Shown here: in pieces, positions 38,901 through 52,330 of the stretch
Numbering within the stretch: the first letter of the stretch is position 1
Layout: each line of letters opens with the position of its first letter
NCBI GenBank assembly: GCA_904063045.1
Contig: CAJFCJ010000019.1
Coordinates: forward strand, 3,230,684-3,294,683
Source of the DNA: Dimorphilus gyrociliatus
Lineage: Eukaryota > Animalia > Annelida
Direction of reading: 5' to 3'
Length of the DNA: 64,000 bases
Translations under genes and position numbers: made by a program
Notes under the pieces: model-generated
What the model was told of the DNA's origin: nothing
Seen by the model: the letters and a program-made list of their open reading frames with translations, nothing else
The model's database searches: none

Positions 38901-41803
38901 AGGTACTTGGCCTCGTTATATGGTCGAACAGAGAATGAGACCCACTCTTGAAAGTCTCAACTATGCAACAGGTTCGACCAGCCAAAGGAAAGATTCTTTT
39001 CAAAGAGCTCCTATAAATACTATGGATTACACTTTAAATCAACCCTCAGACCTATCTGCCACTTTGAAAAAAAGTTCTGAACTCAGCGATCATTATCGAA
39101 AAAATAGATTATTCAACAGTCTGGCTACTAGTCCTTCATCATCAGTTCCATGTCCTGGTTTGAACTCAGATCAAGGTGCAACTAACATTGCCGTTGTTTC
39201 ACCTCAAAAGAAACCGATAGATACAGAATTAATGCAGAATACATCATCCTTACTTTTCAATAAAGCACATCGAAATAAGACAAAAAAATCTGTCAATAGA
39301 TTAAACATTCCATCTAAAATGTCCATTTGTTCTACAACTGGAGAATGCTTAGATAAAGGTTTTGTTTTTGTTTTGTGCACAATTTAAGATGCTAATTTGT
39401 TTTATTATTCAAGGATTATCGTCTTCGAATACCTCTTCAAGCAGTCTGAACACACCAAGTATTAACAAGCAAAAGTAAATGATCGTTAAACGGCATTTCT
39501 CTTTATTTAATATTTCTTTTTTAAAAGCTTTAGAGTTGGAACTTTGAGACAAATTAATATTGAGAAGAAATGTGCTAATGAACAATTGGGGATTAATATT
39601 AAGAAGGGCAGTAGCGGGATAATCGTATCCTCAGTATCACAAAACTCCTTAGCATCACACGCAGGAATACAGTGCGGAGACCAGCTGATTGAAGTATATT
39701 TTTTAAAATATGTCTTAAACTGCATCAATAATAATTTCTTTGTTAAAGGTTTGTGGTATTAACTTAAGGAATGCTACATACGAAAATGCAAAACAGGTTT
39801 TAGTCAACTGCGGCAACGATGTAACTATAGTTGTTCAAAGTTCTGCAGAAAGTCTGTACACTTTCGTTTTCCAATTTATAAATTGTCTGATATTGAGATT
39901 TGATTTTCTAGGAATACTATCGACAGATGGGAGCAGTCGTGATACTATATCAAGTGAAAGTGAATCTTCCGTCGAAACCAGCCACGTTAAACAGTGCAGC
40001 CTTGTTAGTAATACAAGCACTGTTGTTGCTGAGGATTATCAAAAGTATAGTCCAGTTCTTTGGTAGTACAGATAGTCTCTATACTTAGAAAAGTTTCCAA
40101 ATGCTAATTTCTTTAAACAGCAATCAACCATCTATACCACCTACTCACGCTGTTAATGAATCCAGAATAGTTTCATGGTCCAAACTTGCCACTGATCCTC
40201 TAGGTTTAACTGTAAGTGGAGGAAACAATAGTGGAATATTTGTAAAAGAAGTTTCAACATATTGTCCTGCTTTCAAGAAGGATGCTTTGAGAGTAGGAGA
40301 CCGTATTTTAGAAGTTTGTATTTATTTATTTTATGAAAATAGAAATTTATATTATTCGTATCTTTTTAGTTCAATGGCATGGATATGACAGCTATCACAA
40401 GAGCCAAAGCTCACGAACACATTTGCAAACAAAGTGATAAAATTATCATATGCGCTCAATACGACATCATAAGTAAATTGTTATATTATAGACTTCATGT
40501 GTATTAATCGTATATTATATTTTTAGAATTTCGGGAATTGGAAAGTGCCAAAATCTTGGCTGATTGCCTTTACTTTAAAATGAATTTTGATAGAATAGCA
40601 GAAGATGAAGGAGAAATGTCTTTGAAACGTGGCAACATTTTATTAGTTGATAATACCATGTACAATGGCAATGTGAATATTTGGACGGCTTGGAAACTAG
40701 ACTCATCTGGAAATCGAATTCAAAGGGGAATAATCCCAGCAGTCAGCCGTCTGGAAGCGGAGTATACAGCGATTCGACGAGGCATTGGAGATGATTCCGA
40801 AGAATTGAAAGGGTCCAGAAGGAGTCTGAGTTCAGCAAGGCGATCATTTTTCCGAAAGAAACGACGTCAACGGAATAATTCACAAGATTCAAGAGAAATT
40901 GTTAGTTACTCAGAAGGCTCGTTGATTTCAGAATCTCTCAGTAAACTAGATGGTTTGTATTTATTTGTTGAGAAATTTCAAATTTTTATTGAACAAAAAC
41001 TTTAGCAGAAAGTGGATATTTACCTGCATTGATACCACTAAAAGAAATTCGTATTCTTCAAAAGAGGCCTGTTGTTTTAATGGGACCTCTAGCTGATATT
41101 TTAACAAGGAAGTTGTCCTCAGAAAATCCAGATCGATATTTTCGGGCTGAAGTCGGTTAGTAAAGCATATTTTTTACAATTACATAGACTTTAATAATAA
41201 CATTTGATTCAACAACAGTTGAGGAAGGTCAAATAAATGGATCTTTGATTTATCATTCAATGAAACACCCGCCTTACGAAATTATAACACTAAAATCCAT
41301 TCAGGACGCCATAGAGAGGGTATGTTTTAAATGTTTCAATTATTTGTTGACGATAATATATAATTATTCTTCAGAATCGGCATCCTATATTACATAATAA
41401 AAGATCAGCTATTTACAACTTATACACTCTACAAATATATCCCATTGTCTTATTACTGCGATTCCGTTCCACCAAACAAATTCAGTAAATTATAATTAAA
41501 GACCATTTATTTGTTAAGTAATTAAATGATTTTTTCAGAAAAGCCAAGGATAGATTTATTGAATCTAAAATTGATAAACAACAAGCGAAAAGATGGATGG
41601 ATAAAGCTCAAAAATTTGAATTAGATTTAAAACAATACATATCAGGTATGTTATTAAATAGTGTATTTTTTTTTAATTCTAATTAATTTATTTCTATATT
41701 AGATATTATTGAAGGGGAGAGTGACCTCAATTCTATGGCTATTAAATGTAAAAGTGCAATTGATATAAATCAAGAAAAGCCCTTGTACCTTCTTCTTGAC
41801 TGA
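35963..41803 (+). CDS. DLG5: DLG5 MAGUK scaffold (CARD, coiled coil, four PDZ, SH3, GUK), multi-exon
   Basis: N-terminal CARD-like LIDILQEKDSTGSELLIDALEKLYP; coiled coil RRDWAFSERDKIVLERDSMRTLCD; PDZ segments (GLNFETGIFLSKISPSSPAG, LGINIKKGSSG, LGLTVSGGNNSGIFV); SH3-like LVDNTMYNG...WTAW; RRSFFRKK; GUK RPVVLMGPL. Stop TGA at 41801-41803. Confidence 0.92.
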
Positions 41804-42100
41804 ATTATATCTGTAGTCTAACTTGTTGCAGTGTAAAACTTTTTTTTTTAGGAAATATTACAATAAATAATGTTAATACGCGCATATAAGAAATAATGCG
41901 AAAAGGACTAAATTTATATTGTCTTTATTATCATGATAGTGATGTCAATATCATATTCAACAATTGATGTACGAAAGTCTATTATTTTTGCTATTTATAC
42001 GATTTAATTAAAAAATTCGAGCAACACAGACTAACAACAAAGGAAATGAACAGCTTTCATCATATAAAAACTCAAATTAGTTTGTTATAAGTTATAATTC

Positions 42101-42934
42101 CTATTTGACTAAAGAAGATTCAACGTCTTCCAGCGCCCATTCGTGTTCGGTTACTTCTAATGCTTCCCATTCGGCTTTGAAAGCTTTACTTGGGTCGGAA
42201 GGAACACCCATTGCCTGGCCAGTCATCTGGTCTTGCATAGCTCTTGTTTGATCAGCTGCATTATCTTGGCCTAAAACAAGAGTATAAACGCTTCGTAACC
42301 CAAACACATTAAGAAAGTACCAAGATGCTGATGAAACCCAAGAAGCGTCTAGAGAACCTAATTCTATTCCCCTTTGAAGCATAGGCTTAAATCGTAGGGT
42401 AAGGGGAAACGGAGCTTTTGTTGTAAGAAATCCAGAGAAAGCCCAATTAATCCAACCTTATAATAGAAATCATTTATTTTACATTATATATAAAAAATTT
42501 CAATACCTCCTATCAATATCATTGGTAAAACGTTTGTCATATTTCCTTTCAGCATGTCAGTCATCATGCTTGGATCTGTCATTGGATTTTTGGCAGATGT
42601 TGGTTCTCTTTTTTTACCTGTTGTTAAAACCCCTTTTTCCTGATTGTTCATAAATCCTTTTCGCATGAGAAAGGCCACCTTTGGCAAATATTTTCCATTT
42701 TCTCTTAATGCTCTACTTCGTAGAAATACTTGACTGAAACACAAAATATATTAACATGCATACATCGAAGATAATGTATTCCTACCTATCGCCTATTTGT
42801 CTCAAATCAACTGATTTTTCTGATGACATCAATATAGTAACATAATGTCTAATGACACCTACAAGAAATGTTATGACAACAATGGGTAAAAATACCCAGA
42901 TTCTGATTTGGGAATCCAATAGAAGCTCGGCCAT
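42101..42934 (-). CDS. EMC3: ER membrane complex subunit 3 (TMEM111), multi-exon
   Basis: [32 protein letters not shown]; [13 protein letters not shown]; [16 protein letters not shown]; [17 protein letters not shown]; [20 protein letters not shown]; [10 protein letters not shown]. Confidence 0.97.
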
Positions 42935-43261
42935 TTTGAAATATATGTAAAATATTCTACGATTTACCGGTTAACTTGCAAAACATTCAATATGTTACCC
43001 CGTTTTTACGAGTATTAGTTAAAAATTTTAAACGAAGTTTTAATGAAAATTTAGAGTTAAATGTGAATTTTTTATTTATATATTTTCATAGAGTTTTAAA
43101 TTCTCTATAAATCATAATCCTCGCACGTAAAAAACATTATAAGCGATATTGATATAAATCAGCAACTTTACCTATAGAGTAGCCGTAGTCTAATATTTGA
43201 ACGTGCCTCGACTCGTTGATCATAGTAAATTATTAGTTATCATACAAACATTTAACGGAAA

Positions 43262-46200
43262 ATGAGTAGTACTGATGAGCAAGATGAGTTCGATGTAGAA
43301 AAGGACGCTTTACATTCAACAGCTATAAATGACGATTTAAATTCCAACACAGAAGATGAGCATTTAAGGCCGAAGCGCTTAGATTTCGAATCAGATATGT
43401 CTGAAGAAGAGGATAAAGAGAACAAAATTCGGGAAGAGGCTTTACATATCAGTGAATCCCCTGAAAAATCCGCTCATTCTTTGAATAGGTTAACAATTTT
43501 ATGATTAGTCAATCTCGTATATATAGAGTATAATTTTGAGCTTGATGTCAAGTAAATAACAGCATATCTTTATACTATCCTCTACTTTAGATCGGAAGAC
43601 GCTGGAAGAAGCGCTCTAAGTGATATTCCTTTTGAAATTGTTGGCGATGCGGAAGCAGATATTAGTATTGATGAAAAAAGCCCAGACAAACAGAATAACG
43701 TCAAAATGGAACATTTTTTACATGACATAAAAGAATTAGAAGAGGAGCAACTTCAAAAATTAAAGAGGCAGACAGAGCGTCTTGTAGCCATTTCTCCACA
43801 GAAATCTGTAAGTTTGCCAAAAGAAACGCTGTCATAAAAAACTTCACAATTTTATCACAATAGGATAAAGAGGAAAGAGTTGCTAACAATATGAAATTAA
43901 AACCTCCTCAAGTAAGTGTTATCTGAGAGAAAGAAGAAAAAAAAACGCTGTCATTGTATGTCAATTGTGTTTAAATTTCAGGCGGGTAGCAGTGACAGGT
44001 TCCTCGAAAGAACCTCAGACGTGAGTAAGCTTTGTCTTGGCAACTGTTCTCTAATCAAAATTATCTCATTTTAGAAGCAGATATCCTCTGAAGAACATAC
44101 AGCAATATCAGGAGACGGACAGCAAGTCAGTTATCTATATTAATCTTTACCAAATTAACTGGATGTTATCTCGTTACAATTTGCAGTCGATTGAAATCCA
44201 TCAAATGGAGCAATTAAGAATTCATCTAAAATCGATGATGATTACCGGCAATGAGGACTTTGATCCAACAACAGCGGGTAGTTCGGAAAATTTCTTGGAT
44301 ACAAGCTCAACTAGTCACAAGTATTTCATTACTTTTACCTGTTTGCTTAAGTTAATCTACTTGAAAATTCAGTACAAGTTTAGAATCAGATGTAATAAAG
44401 TTGGCAAACGAGATATCAAATCAAAGGCATCCGGCCCCTTCGAATGCTCTGTTGGAAAATTATGAAAAAGAAAAATTCAGAAGAAAAAGGTGCGAAAAAG
44501 AAATTCAAGACCTTCATGGAAAAGTAAACTCTTCTAATTTAAATTTAATATTGGCTATTCATTCTTGTTCTTTTTTTTTTTAAAAAAAAAACAAAACAGT
44601 TAGTAGAAACTCAGCAGCAACTGTTCGTTCTTATTTCAACTGAAAATAAGAAAGATGGAATAATTGAGGAACTTGATAAAAGTTTAGCCAAAGTTGTCGA
44701 TGGCTGGAAAAAGAAACAAGCCGAAAAGCAAGTAAAGATCGATATGCTGACAAGAGAGAAAAAAGATCTGATAGGAAAAATAAAAGAATTACAAGAGGTA
44801 TGCATTATTAAAATTGTAACATATATCATAACTTTATCAATTTATAAATTAATTATCTCCCTCATTCTCCTTTAGATTAAAAATACGAAGGAAAATCATA
44901 TTGAAAGTTTAATGAAGAACTTATCTGATGAAGAGAGGAATAGCTCGGAGAAGGAGCATAACTACGTATTAAAAATAAATGACTTAATGACCAAGAATGA
45001 AGAAATGAAAAAGAGTCTTAAGACATTTGAACAGCAATTAGAATCTCTTAGCGTAGAATTAGAAACCGCTGGAAGAGAGAAGGAAATGATGCAAAGGGAA
45101 TTCATTCAAGTATGTACTAAAATGTTGAAATTATTTCTTCTTTCATGTCTTTTCCGCAGGAGAGAGAAACATTTGAGGAGAAAGAAGAAGAATACTTACA
45201 AAAAATCGAAGAAATAAGTGATAAACACGTTACTTGCATGCAGCAAGCCCAGGTTTGATTATATAAAATTCATTTAAATAAGTAAAGAGTAATATTTCAC
45301 CTTATAAACTTTTGATAGCAAGATAAAGATAAGATAGAATCTTATTTAACTGAAATCAAAGAAGAATATTGCAAAGCTAAAAAAGATCTGACATACTCCA
45401 CATCTAAAGCCGATGAACTGGAAAGAATTAAAGAGCAATTGTCAATTCAAATTCAAATTTTACAAACCAGAACCGAAACTGAAAAGAGAGCTCTAAAAGC
45501 TGAACTAGAAGCTGATCATGAACAAAAATTAGTCAAGGCATTAGAAGAGCAAAGGAGTAAGTTCTCTTCCGAACAACAAAACTTTAGAGAGCGACTGAGA
45601 ATGCAAATAGATGATCTTAATAAAAGATATAATGAAAATATGGAAATGATGATGAAAAAGTATAATGAAGATATTGAGAAGAAAGAGGATAAAATTAAAA
45701 ATATAAAAGATGAATTGGCAGAAAAGTTGAACGCTTCTCAAGAAAGAGTTGACCAGCTAGAAGTTGAGAAAAGTCAACTGGAAAAGAAAATGAACGATAT
45801 GTCAAGAAGACTGCAACTCATTGTTAAAGCTAACTATGAAGAAGTAATGAAAGTGCTAAATAACGAGCAGTTAGCTATTATTTCGCCATCTTCTTCATTA
45901 AAGGAGTCACAAAATTTAAAAATTTCCTCAACTCTTCTATCAAACATGGAACCTGATGTAGAAAAATCCATTTCTGATCGTCTAAAAGTAAAAAATCCAA
46001 ATTACGTTAGGGAAAACTTCTTTCAAGAATCTGGTGCAATTGCTGAAAGTAACGAACAGGATACCATAAAAAATTATTTCAATTTATTTCCATCAGTTTC
46101 GTCGAATTTAGAAGAGCACACGACAGAGTTCTCTCAGAAAAATGTTCAAGAAGATACGGTATACTCTCATGAAGAAGCTTCAGTTACAACTGAGAGTTCG

Positions 46201-47183
46201 TCTTTCCCAGCAAATCTTCCTAAACAAAAATCGGAAACTGAAACGGAGAAGTTGGCTGATTTAGAATTTCAAGCAACTTTTGATAGAATTAAAATTCTTA
46301 CGGGAGAAAACTTGGAAAAAAAAAATGATACAAAAACTCCTATCATTAGCGAAGAAAAAACCTCTTTTACACAGAATTGTCAATTAAAACTCTCAAATAT
46401 CTCAAACGATGAACAAGAAAGCGAGAATCTGCACATTTCAAAACCAGCAGTCTCTACGTCTACATCATTCTCTTCTTTCGAGGTACCCGCAGAATCTGTA
46501 GACTATCTCTTTAATTCGTCGACATTCAAACATTATCTGAAAGAGAAAGAAAAAGCTGAAAATTTTGAATTTTACCAACCTGAATTTGCTGACAGTTCGA
46601 TGATTAGCCTCTCTGATAAAGAATCTAATCAACCTATCATGTCTTCCGACCAAAGACAGTTAGAATTAAAGCAATATATAGGAATGGTAAATTATTAATA
46701 TGAAATAAATATATTTTTTGTATCTAATGAATCATCATTTTGTTTTTAGCTTCTTCAAAGACCTAACTTAACGAATGAGAATGTTTCACAAACCCCAGGG
46801 GCTCCACAATCGCCAAAACCTCAACAAATAAAACTTAAAAATCTTGTAGAAGAGTATGAAAATCAAGATAAGCCTGATCTGACTGATATTTTAGATAGTT
46901 GTAATGTTGGGAATGACTCTTCGAAAGAGTCTAAAAGTGGCGAAGATAACAGGTAAGATATTGTTACAAATTTGGAATTTCAATACTAATTCTTTTTTTT
47001 AAATAATCTAGTAAATCAAAAAAGAAAGAAAAAGTTCTCCAACAGAATGTTTTAAAAGCTAGAAAGCCAAATTTTTCTCAAAAATCAAAAATTAAAAATC
47101 AACCAACAGGAAACGGACGAAAGCAACAAGATCAGAACAAAAAAGTTGAAGCGCCTACCAAGAAAGGAAGCGTTTGGAAGTAG
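43262..47183 (+). CDS. CNTROB: Centrobin-like centriolar coiled-coil protein, multi-exon
   Basis: The spliced segment RRKRCEKEIQDLHGKLVETQQQLFVLISTENKKDGIIEELDKSLAKVVDGW matches, from memory, the conserved centrobin block RRKHCE..IQ.L...Q.QL......KKD..IEQLDKTLA.VV.GW. Long coiled coil and C-terminal ELKQYIGMLLQRP. Confidence 0.75.
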
Positions 47184-47634
47184 TAGATACTAATACTATG
47201 TGTTCTTATATCTTTTTTTAGGTGACGTCAATGTAAATTTTATTTTAATTTGTCATTAATAAAAGTTCACTCAACTAGTTGTGTTCATAAATTTAACTTT
47301 GTAAAAGAAGGAAAAAGATCAGTCAAAGGTTTATAGCATGAATAGAGTTTCTTTGTTGTAAAAGGTTCTTTTTTAAAAGAAGACATTGTCTGTAGTTGAA
47401 GATTGATTTCCTTAATAAATATGTATATGTTTTATAAAATTGCTTATTAAATCTTCTTGAAGAGTAAATATTAAACATGAAATAAATACTGATGAAAAAT
47501 GAAATGTTTATCTTAAGGATAATACATTGTATTCCCTTCAATAGGCTTTTGACTTTTCAACAACGATCAATCGAACTCTGTGTACGTGCGGTTGCCCGAC
47601 AAAATTTATTGACGTTCATATTTGAGCAATAGAT

Positions 47635-48543
47635 ATGCCGCTCGACAGTGTCTTAGTAGAATGTCCGAACAAAAACTCAGGATGTAAGGTTAAATTAAAG
47701 ACAAAAGATGTTGAATATCATGAGGAAAACTGTGATTTTAGGTAGATATTACGTTTGTATGTTTTGTTTGTGTAATAACAAATAGTATTTTATATCAGCA
47801 CTATTGAATGTGAGGGTTGTCACAAAGAGTTAAAAAGGAAAGACTTGCGTCAACACGAAAAGATAAAGAGGTGTGTTGAATCAAAACTAAAGAGAGAGTT
47901 GATAAAGGCAACCAAAGGGTTTAATGATGAAAATAAGCAACATATATTAAAAATTAAAATGGATAGTGCTAAGAGAACTGGTAGACAACTACGCCAATAT
48001 CACAATAGATTACATGAGAAAATTGGATTCAGTCCTAGAGTTCCTAGTGCAACTCGTCGCAGTCCTCAATTCTTTTTCTCTACAATATGTAAACGTTGCA
48101 ACCGTTCTTTCAACGACACTACTAATCATTCATCCGCATGTACTTGGCACGAAGGGGTAAACACTAGAATATCAGTATTAATCACTTAATTTTAAAGCTA
48201 TTTTTATTCTTACGCAGCCAATAGTAAGTATTATACAACAAGTTATATTTAAAATTTTTGTAAAATCTTTAATTAACAGCTTCCGGTCTTTGGAGTAAGT
48301 TTAAATGATTTTTAAAAAAGACTCCTTTCTTTAATATATTATAGCTATATAAGGTTTTCTTTATCTTTTAAAAAACATTATTTACTACAATTGTCGTCTA
48401 CATTCTTACAATGGACTAACAGGGGGTAATTAAAACCGGTCTATTTGTGTCAATGGTAAATTATTTAAACCTTCTTTCAGACTTGTCAAGCCTGTGGAAG
48501 ATTAGATTATCAAATAGGTTGTATAGCCGGTGAGCACTCCTGA
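47635..48543 (+). CDS. Unnamed 186-aa protein: TRAF-type zinc finger, helical linker, CHORD-like Cys/His zinc finger; model includes four micro-exons
   Basis: Exons 47635-47741, 47799-48156, 48218-48223, 48280-48294, 48345-48353, 48423-48425, 48481-48543 (561 nt). VECPNKNSGCKVKLKTKDVEYHEENCDFSTIECEGC is a TRAF-type ZF pattern. C-terminus CKRCNRSFNDTTNHSSACTWHEG-PI-LPVFG-LYK-G-TCQACGRLDYQIGCIAGEHS*. AATAAA at 48559-48564. Confidence 0.75.
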
Positions 48544-48758
48544 TTTGGCAGTACTTAGAATAAATAGGGCGTTCATTTTAAACTAATTGGACAAACGTTA
48601 AGGTTGGTTAAAAAGAGAAACTATATATATATAGATATTTGTATTAAACTAATATAAAGGTAATTTTAGTTATGAAGTATCAAAATTGAATTCAACTGAA
48701 GCATAAATTCAATAAAAAGTTTTTAACAATCATTAAACTCTTGTTTTTTAGTTAAAAC

Positions 48759-50250
48759 TTATAACTTTTCAAATTTTAACACCCAGGCATAAGGATTAGG
48801 TAGAAGGGGAAGAGGAATATTTGGCATTTCGATTGATATACCTCCTCCTAAACCTCTCTTTTGCCAATGTAAAGTTTTTTGATAACCTAACATTGTCACC
48901 TGTGTTTCTTGAATGGGTTGAATCATTCCTAATTGTAGGTTATTTGTTTTAGGCCATTTTAATAAAATACCATAAACGGTCTTTTCTTTTGCGGTAAACC
49001 AAATGTCATTTGATACTGTGTCATTTGCTCTTTTCCATGGTTGAGTATTGTAGATTGCCTCTCCGTTTACTTTTAACCAAGCACCCATCTGTCTCAGTCT
49101 TTCCTCATATATGGGTGATATTTTTCCATCTTTTCTCGGACCTATATTCATTAAAAGGTTTCCGTTACAACTGACAGTCATAGCTAAGGTTTTTATCAAT
49201 TCCTCAATTGTTAAATATTGCGATAAATCAGCTTCTCTTCTATAACCAAATGAATTCTTATCGATATTTAAAGCATTTTCAAAACGATGTTTTTGAATAA
49301 CCCCTATAAATGTAACACTAACATATCAATTTCAAAGAAATATAGCATTCCACACATACCTGGATTGTAACGATCTTGACAAGTAAAAACTCCCCCATGT
49401 TGGCACATTGTACCAACTCCCCACCTATCATTGGTTACAACCGAATCTCTTACAGGACTGTCATTGTATAACCAGGCTATAAATTTTTTACTTTCCCAAT
49501 AGTCCGGTCCAGTTCCCCAATCCCCATCGGACCAAACTACTTCTGGCTTATAAGTATTTACCAATTCATACAGTTCGGGCATGGTCTTTGATTTTACAAA
49601 ATAATTAGTTTTAAATTTATTTGCTTGATCCATAAGATATAAAGGATGAAACCATTCGTAAAGGGAATGATATAAGCCGAAGTGGATATTTGTTTTACGC
49701 CTTATCGAATCAGCCAGCATCCCCACTAGGTCTTTGTTTGGTCCAACAGCCTTAGAATTCCAATTGAAAGATACATTAGACGGCCAATTTGTATAACCTT
49801 CGTGATGCTTAGCCGTCAGAACAACATATCTAATACAGAAGGAACGTGTCTATAAAATAATAATAGCATCGAAAGAGAAAACACAAACTTGGCGCCGGAA
49901 GATTCGAATAATTCGGCCCATTCATCAGGATTATAAAATTCAGTGGTGAAATCCCTAGCAAAGTCTGCATACGTCCAACCTGGCTTATAGTTTTTTTCTA
50001 CAAACTGGACATAGTTAGCTTTCTTGTCACCCTGCCAATGCTGCCAAAACCATTCTGATCCGTAGGCAGGTACTGAAAATACTCCCCAATGTATAAAAAT
50101 TCCAAATTTTGCGTCATTATACCATTGAGGAAGTGGTCGTTTATCTAAGGACTCCCATTCGGGTAAGTATTTATGAACATCTACCGGTTGTAACGATATT
50201 AATAAAAAAAATATCAGAAGGCGGCTGTAAACAGCAGTCATATTTAACAT
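48759..50250 (-). CDS. FUCA1: Lysosomal alpha-L-fucosidase (GH29), multi-exon; start at ATG 50250 or 50241
   Basis: Signal peptide; [30 protein letters not shown]; [12 protein letters not shown]; [13 protein letters not shown]; nucleophile motif VVWSDGDW; VVTNDRWG; [13 protein letters not shown]1 versus FUCA2 orthology not resolved. Confidence 0.95.
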
Positions 50251-50272
50251 CACGTGATCTCGAATCACGTGA
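50250..50272. promoter_or_regulatory. Tandem palindromic TCACGTGA E-boxes (CLEAR-like) at the fucosidase start
   Basis: TCACGTGA at 50250-50257 and 50265-50272, directly upstream of the fucosidase ATG. Confidence 0.55.
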
Positions 50273-50427
50273 TATTGGACAATTTCAAATTATCGAGAAG
50301 CAAGAACAAGTTATGATCTTTGTATTTTAAAACCCTATCAATGAATGTGTTTTTGGCAGGATACTGCTAGTATAAAAGTAATTATATAAATATTCAAATA
50401 CGATATACATATTTAAATATACACATT

Positions 50428-50430
<3 letters not shown>

Positions 50431-50458
<28 letters not shown>
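50431..50458. repeat. (AT)14 microsatellite
   Basis: Perfect AT dinucleotide run between the UBC9 stop and the fucosidase start. Confidence 0.95.
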
Positions 50459-50463
<5 letters not shown>

Positions 50464-50478
50464 ATCTTCTTATTCTGC

Positions 50479-51090
<612 letters not shown>

Positions 51091-51587
51091 CTATGTATGT
51101 TTGAAAAAATGAAGCTAAATTAGAAACCACGCTTTTAATCCGTACAGAACCGCCAAAAGTGTGTCAGAAATGGGATCCCCTATTTAACCACTCAGCCTAA
51201 CTACAGCTTTAAAAATACGACATATTATATAGTTCCTTACTCAATGCGATTTTTTTTTAACCATGGTTATTGAGAACACTAGAAATTAAAAACATACCAA
51301 ATGTAACTTTGTTTTGATGCAAATAATTGTCTTTAATTAAGCTTTACGGCTCTTTTAAAGATATTAATACGCTATAATTTTGACACAAGTGGCAAATATC
51401 TTCAAATTTGGCACATTTCGTCTGCTAGCCAAGAACTCAATTTCCAACTAAGCTTGCAGTCCTCTGTCAACAATCGCTATATGACATCAGGAACGATTGT
51501 AAAAATTAAGAATACTATTTAAAGAATTCACTGTCCGTTTTGGAATATTTATTTTACTACTTTGATTTATTTACGAAATTTTGTAAA

Positions 51588-51597
51588 ACCGGAAGTA
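51588..51597 (+). promoter_or_regulatory. ETS/GABP-type motif ACCGGAAGTA upstream of CHMP6
   Basis: About 20 nt upstream of the CHMP6 ATG, in the UBC9/CHMP6 divergent gap. Confidence 0.45.
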
Positions 51598-51618
51598 AAC
51601 AGTCGCTGGACCGAAAGT

Positions 51619-52330
51619 ATGGGGAACCTCTTCGGCAAAAAAAAAGAAAAATCTAGGATAACCGAACAAGACAGAGCTGTTCTCGTATGTACCTATTGAC
51701 CAATTAACGAAACTCTAACTTATAGATATTGACAGCAATTAAAACAACAAAGAGACAGACTACACCAATACCAGAAGAAAATTGAAACTCAAATTGAAGA
51801 TGATAGGAAATGTGCAAAACAACTACTTGCAGATAATAAAAAAGAGTAAGCTCCTTTTTGGTTAGTAAAATAAAAGTCTTATCTTATGTTTGATTAGGAA
51901 AGCGAAATCATTATTACGCAAGAAAAAGTTTCAAGAAAACCTTTTAACGAAAACCGATGGTCAGTTGGAAAATATCGAGCAAATGGTACAAGACATCGAG
52001 TTCGCACAGATCGAAGAAAAAGTACTGCAAGGTTTGAAGAGTGGCAATGAAGCATTAAACAAGATGCATAAATTAATGTCTTTGGAAAATGTCGAGAAAA
52101 TAATGGATGATACCAGAGAAGCTGTGGAATATCAACGGGAAATTGATGACCTGCTTGCGGGAGGATTAACTTCTCAAGATGAAGAAGACGTTGAAGCTGA
52201 ATTAGAAGATATTTTGAATATGGCAGAACAAAATGACCAGAGTATAAACTTGCCTGAAGTCCCCACAGATAAGTTAGTGAACCCTTCAAAGAAAGAAGTA
52301 AAAGAGAAAACAGTTTTAGTTGCGTCCTGA
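51619..52330 (+). CDS. CHMP6: ESCRT-III subunit CHMP6/VPS20, three coding exons
   Basis: MGNLFGKKKEKSRITEQDRAVL (Gly2 myristoylation-type start); QLKQQRDRLHQYQKKI; LENIEQMVQDIEFAQIE; C-terminal LPEVPT. Confidence 0.95.

Noticed and set aside
50251-50478. UBC9-fucosidase as a trans-spliced operon (same strand, ~230 bp gap)
   Set aside because: Fucosidase has its own E-boxes at its start and no clear outron-type acceptor was seen; cannot be supported without spliced-leader reads.
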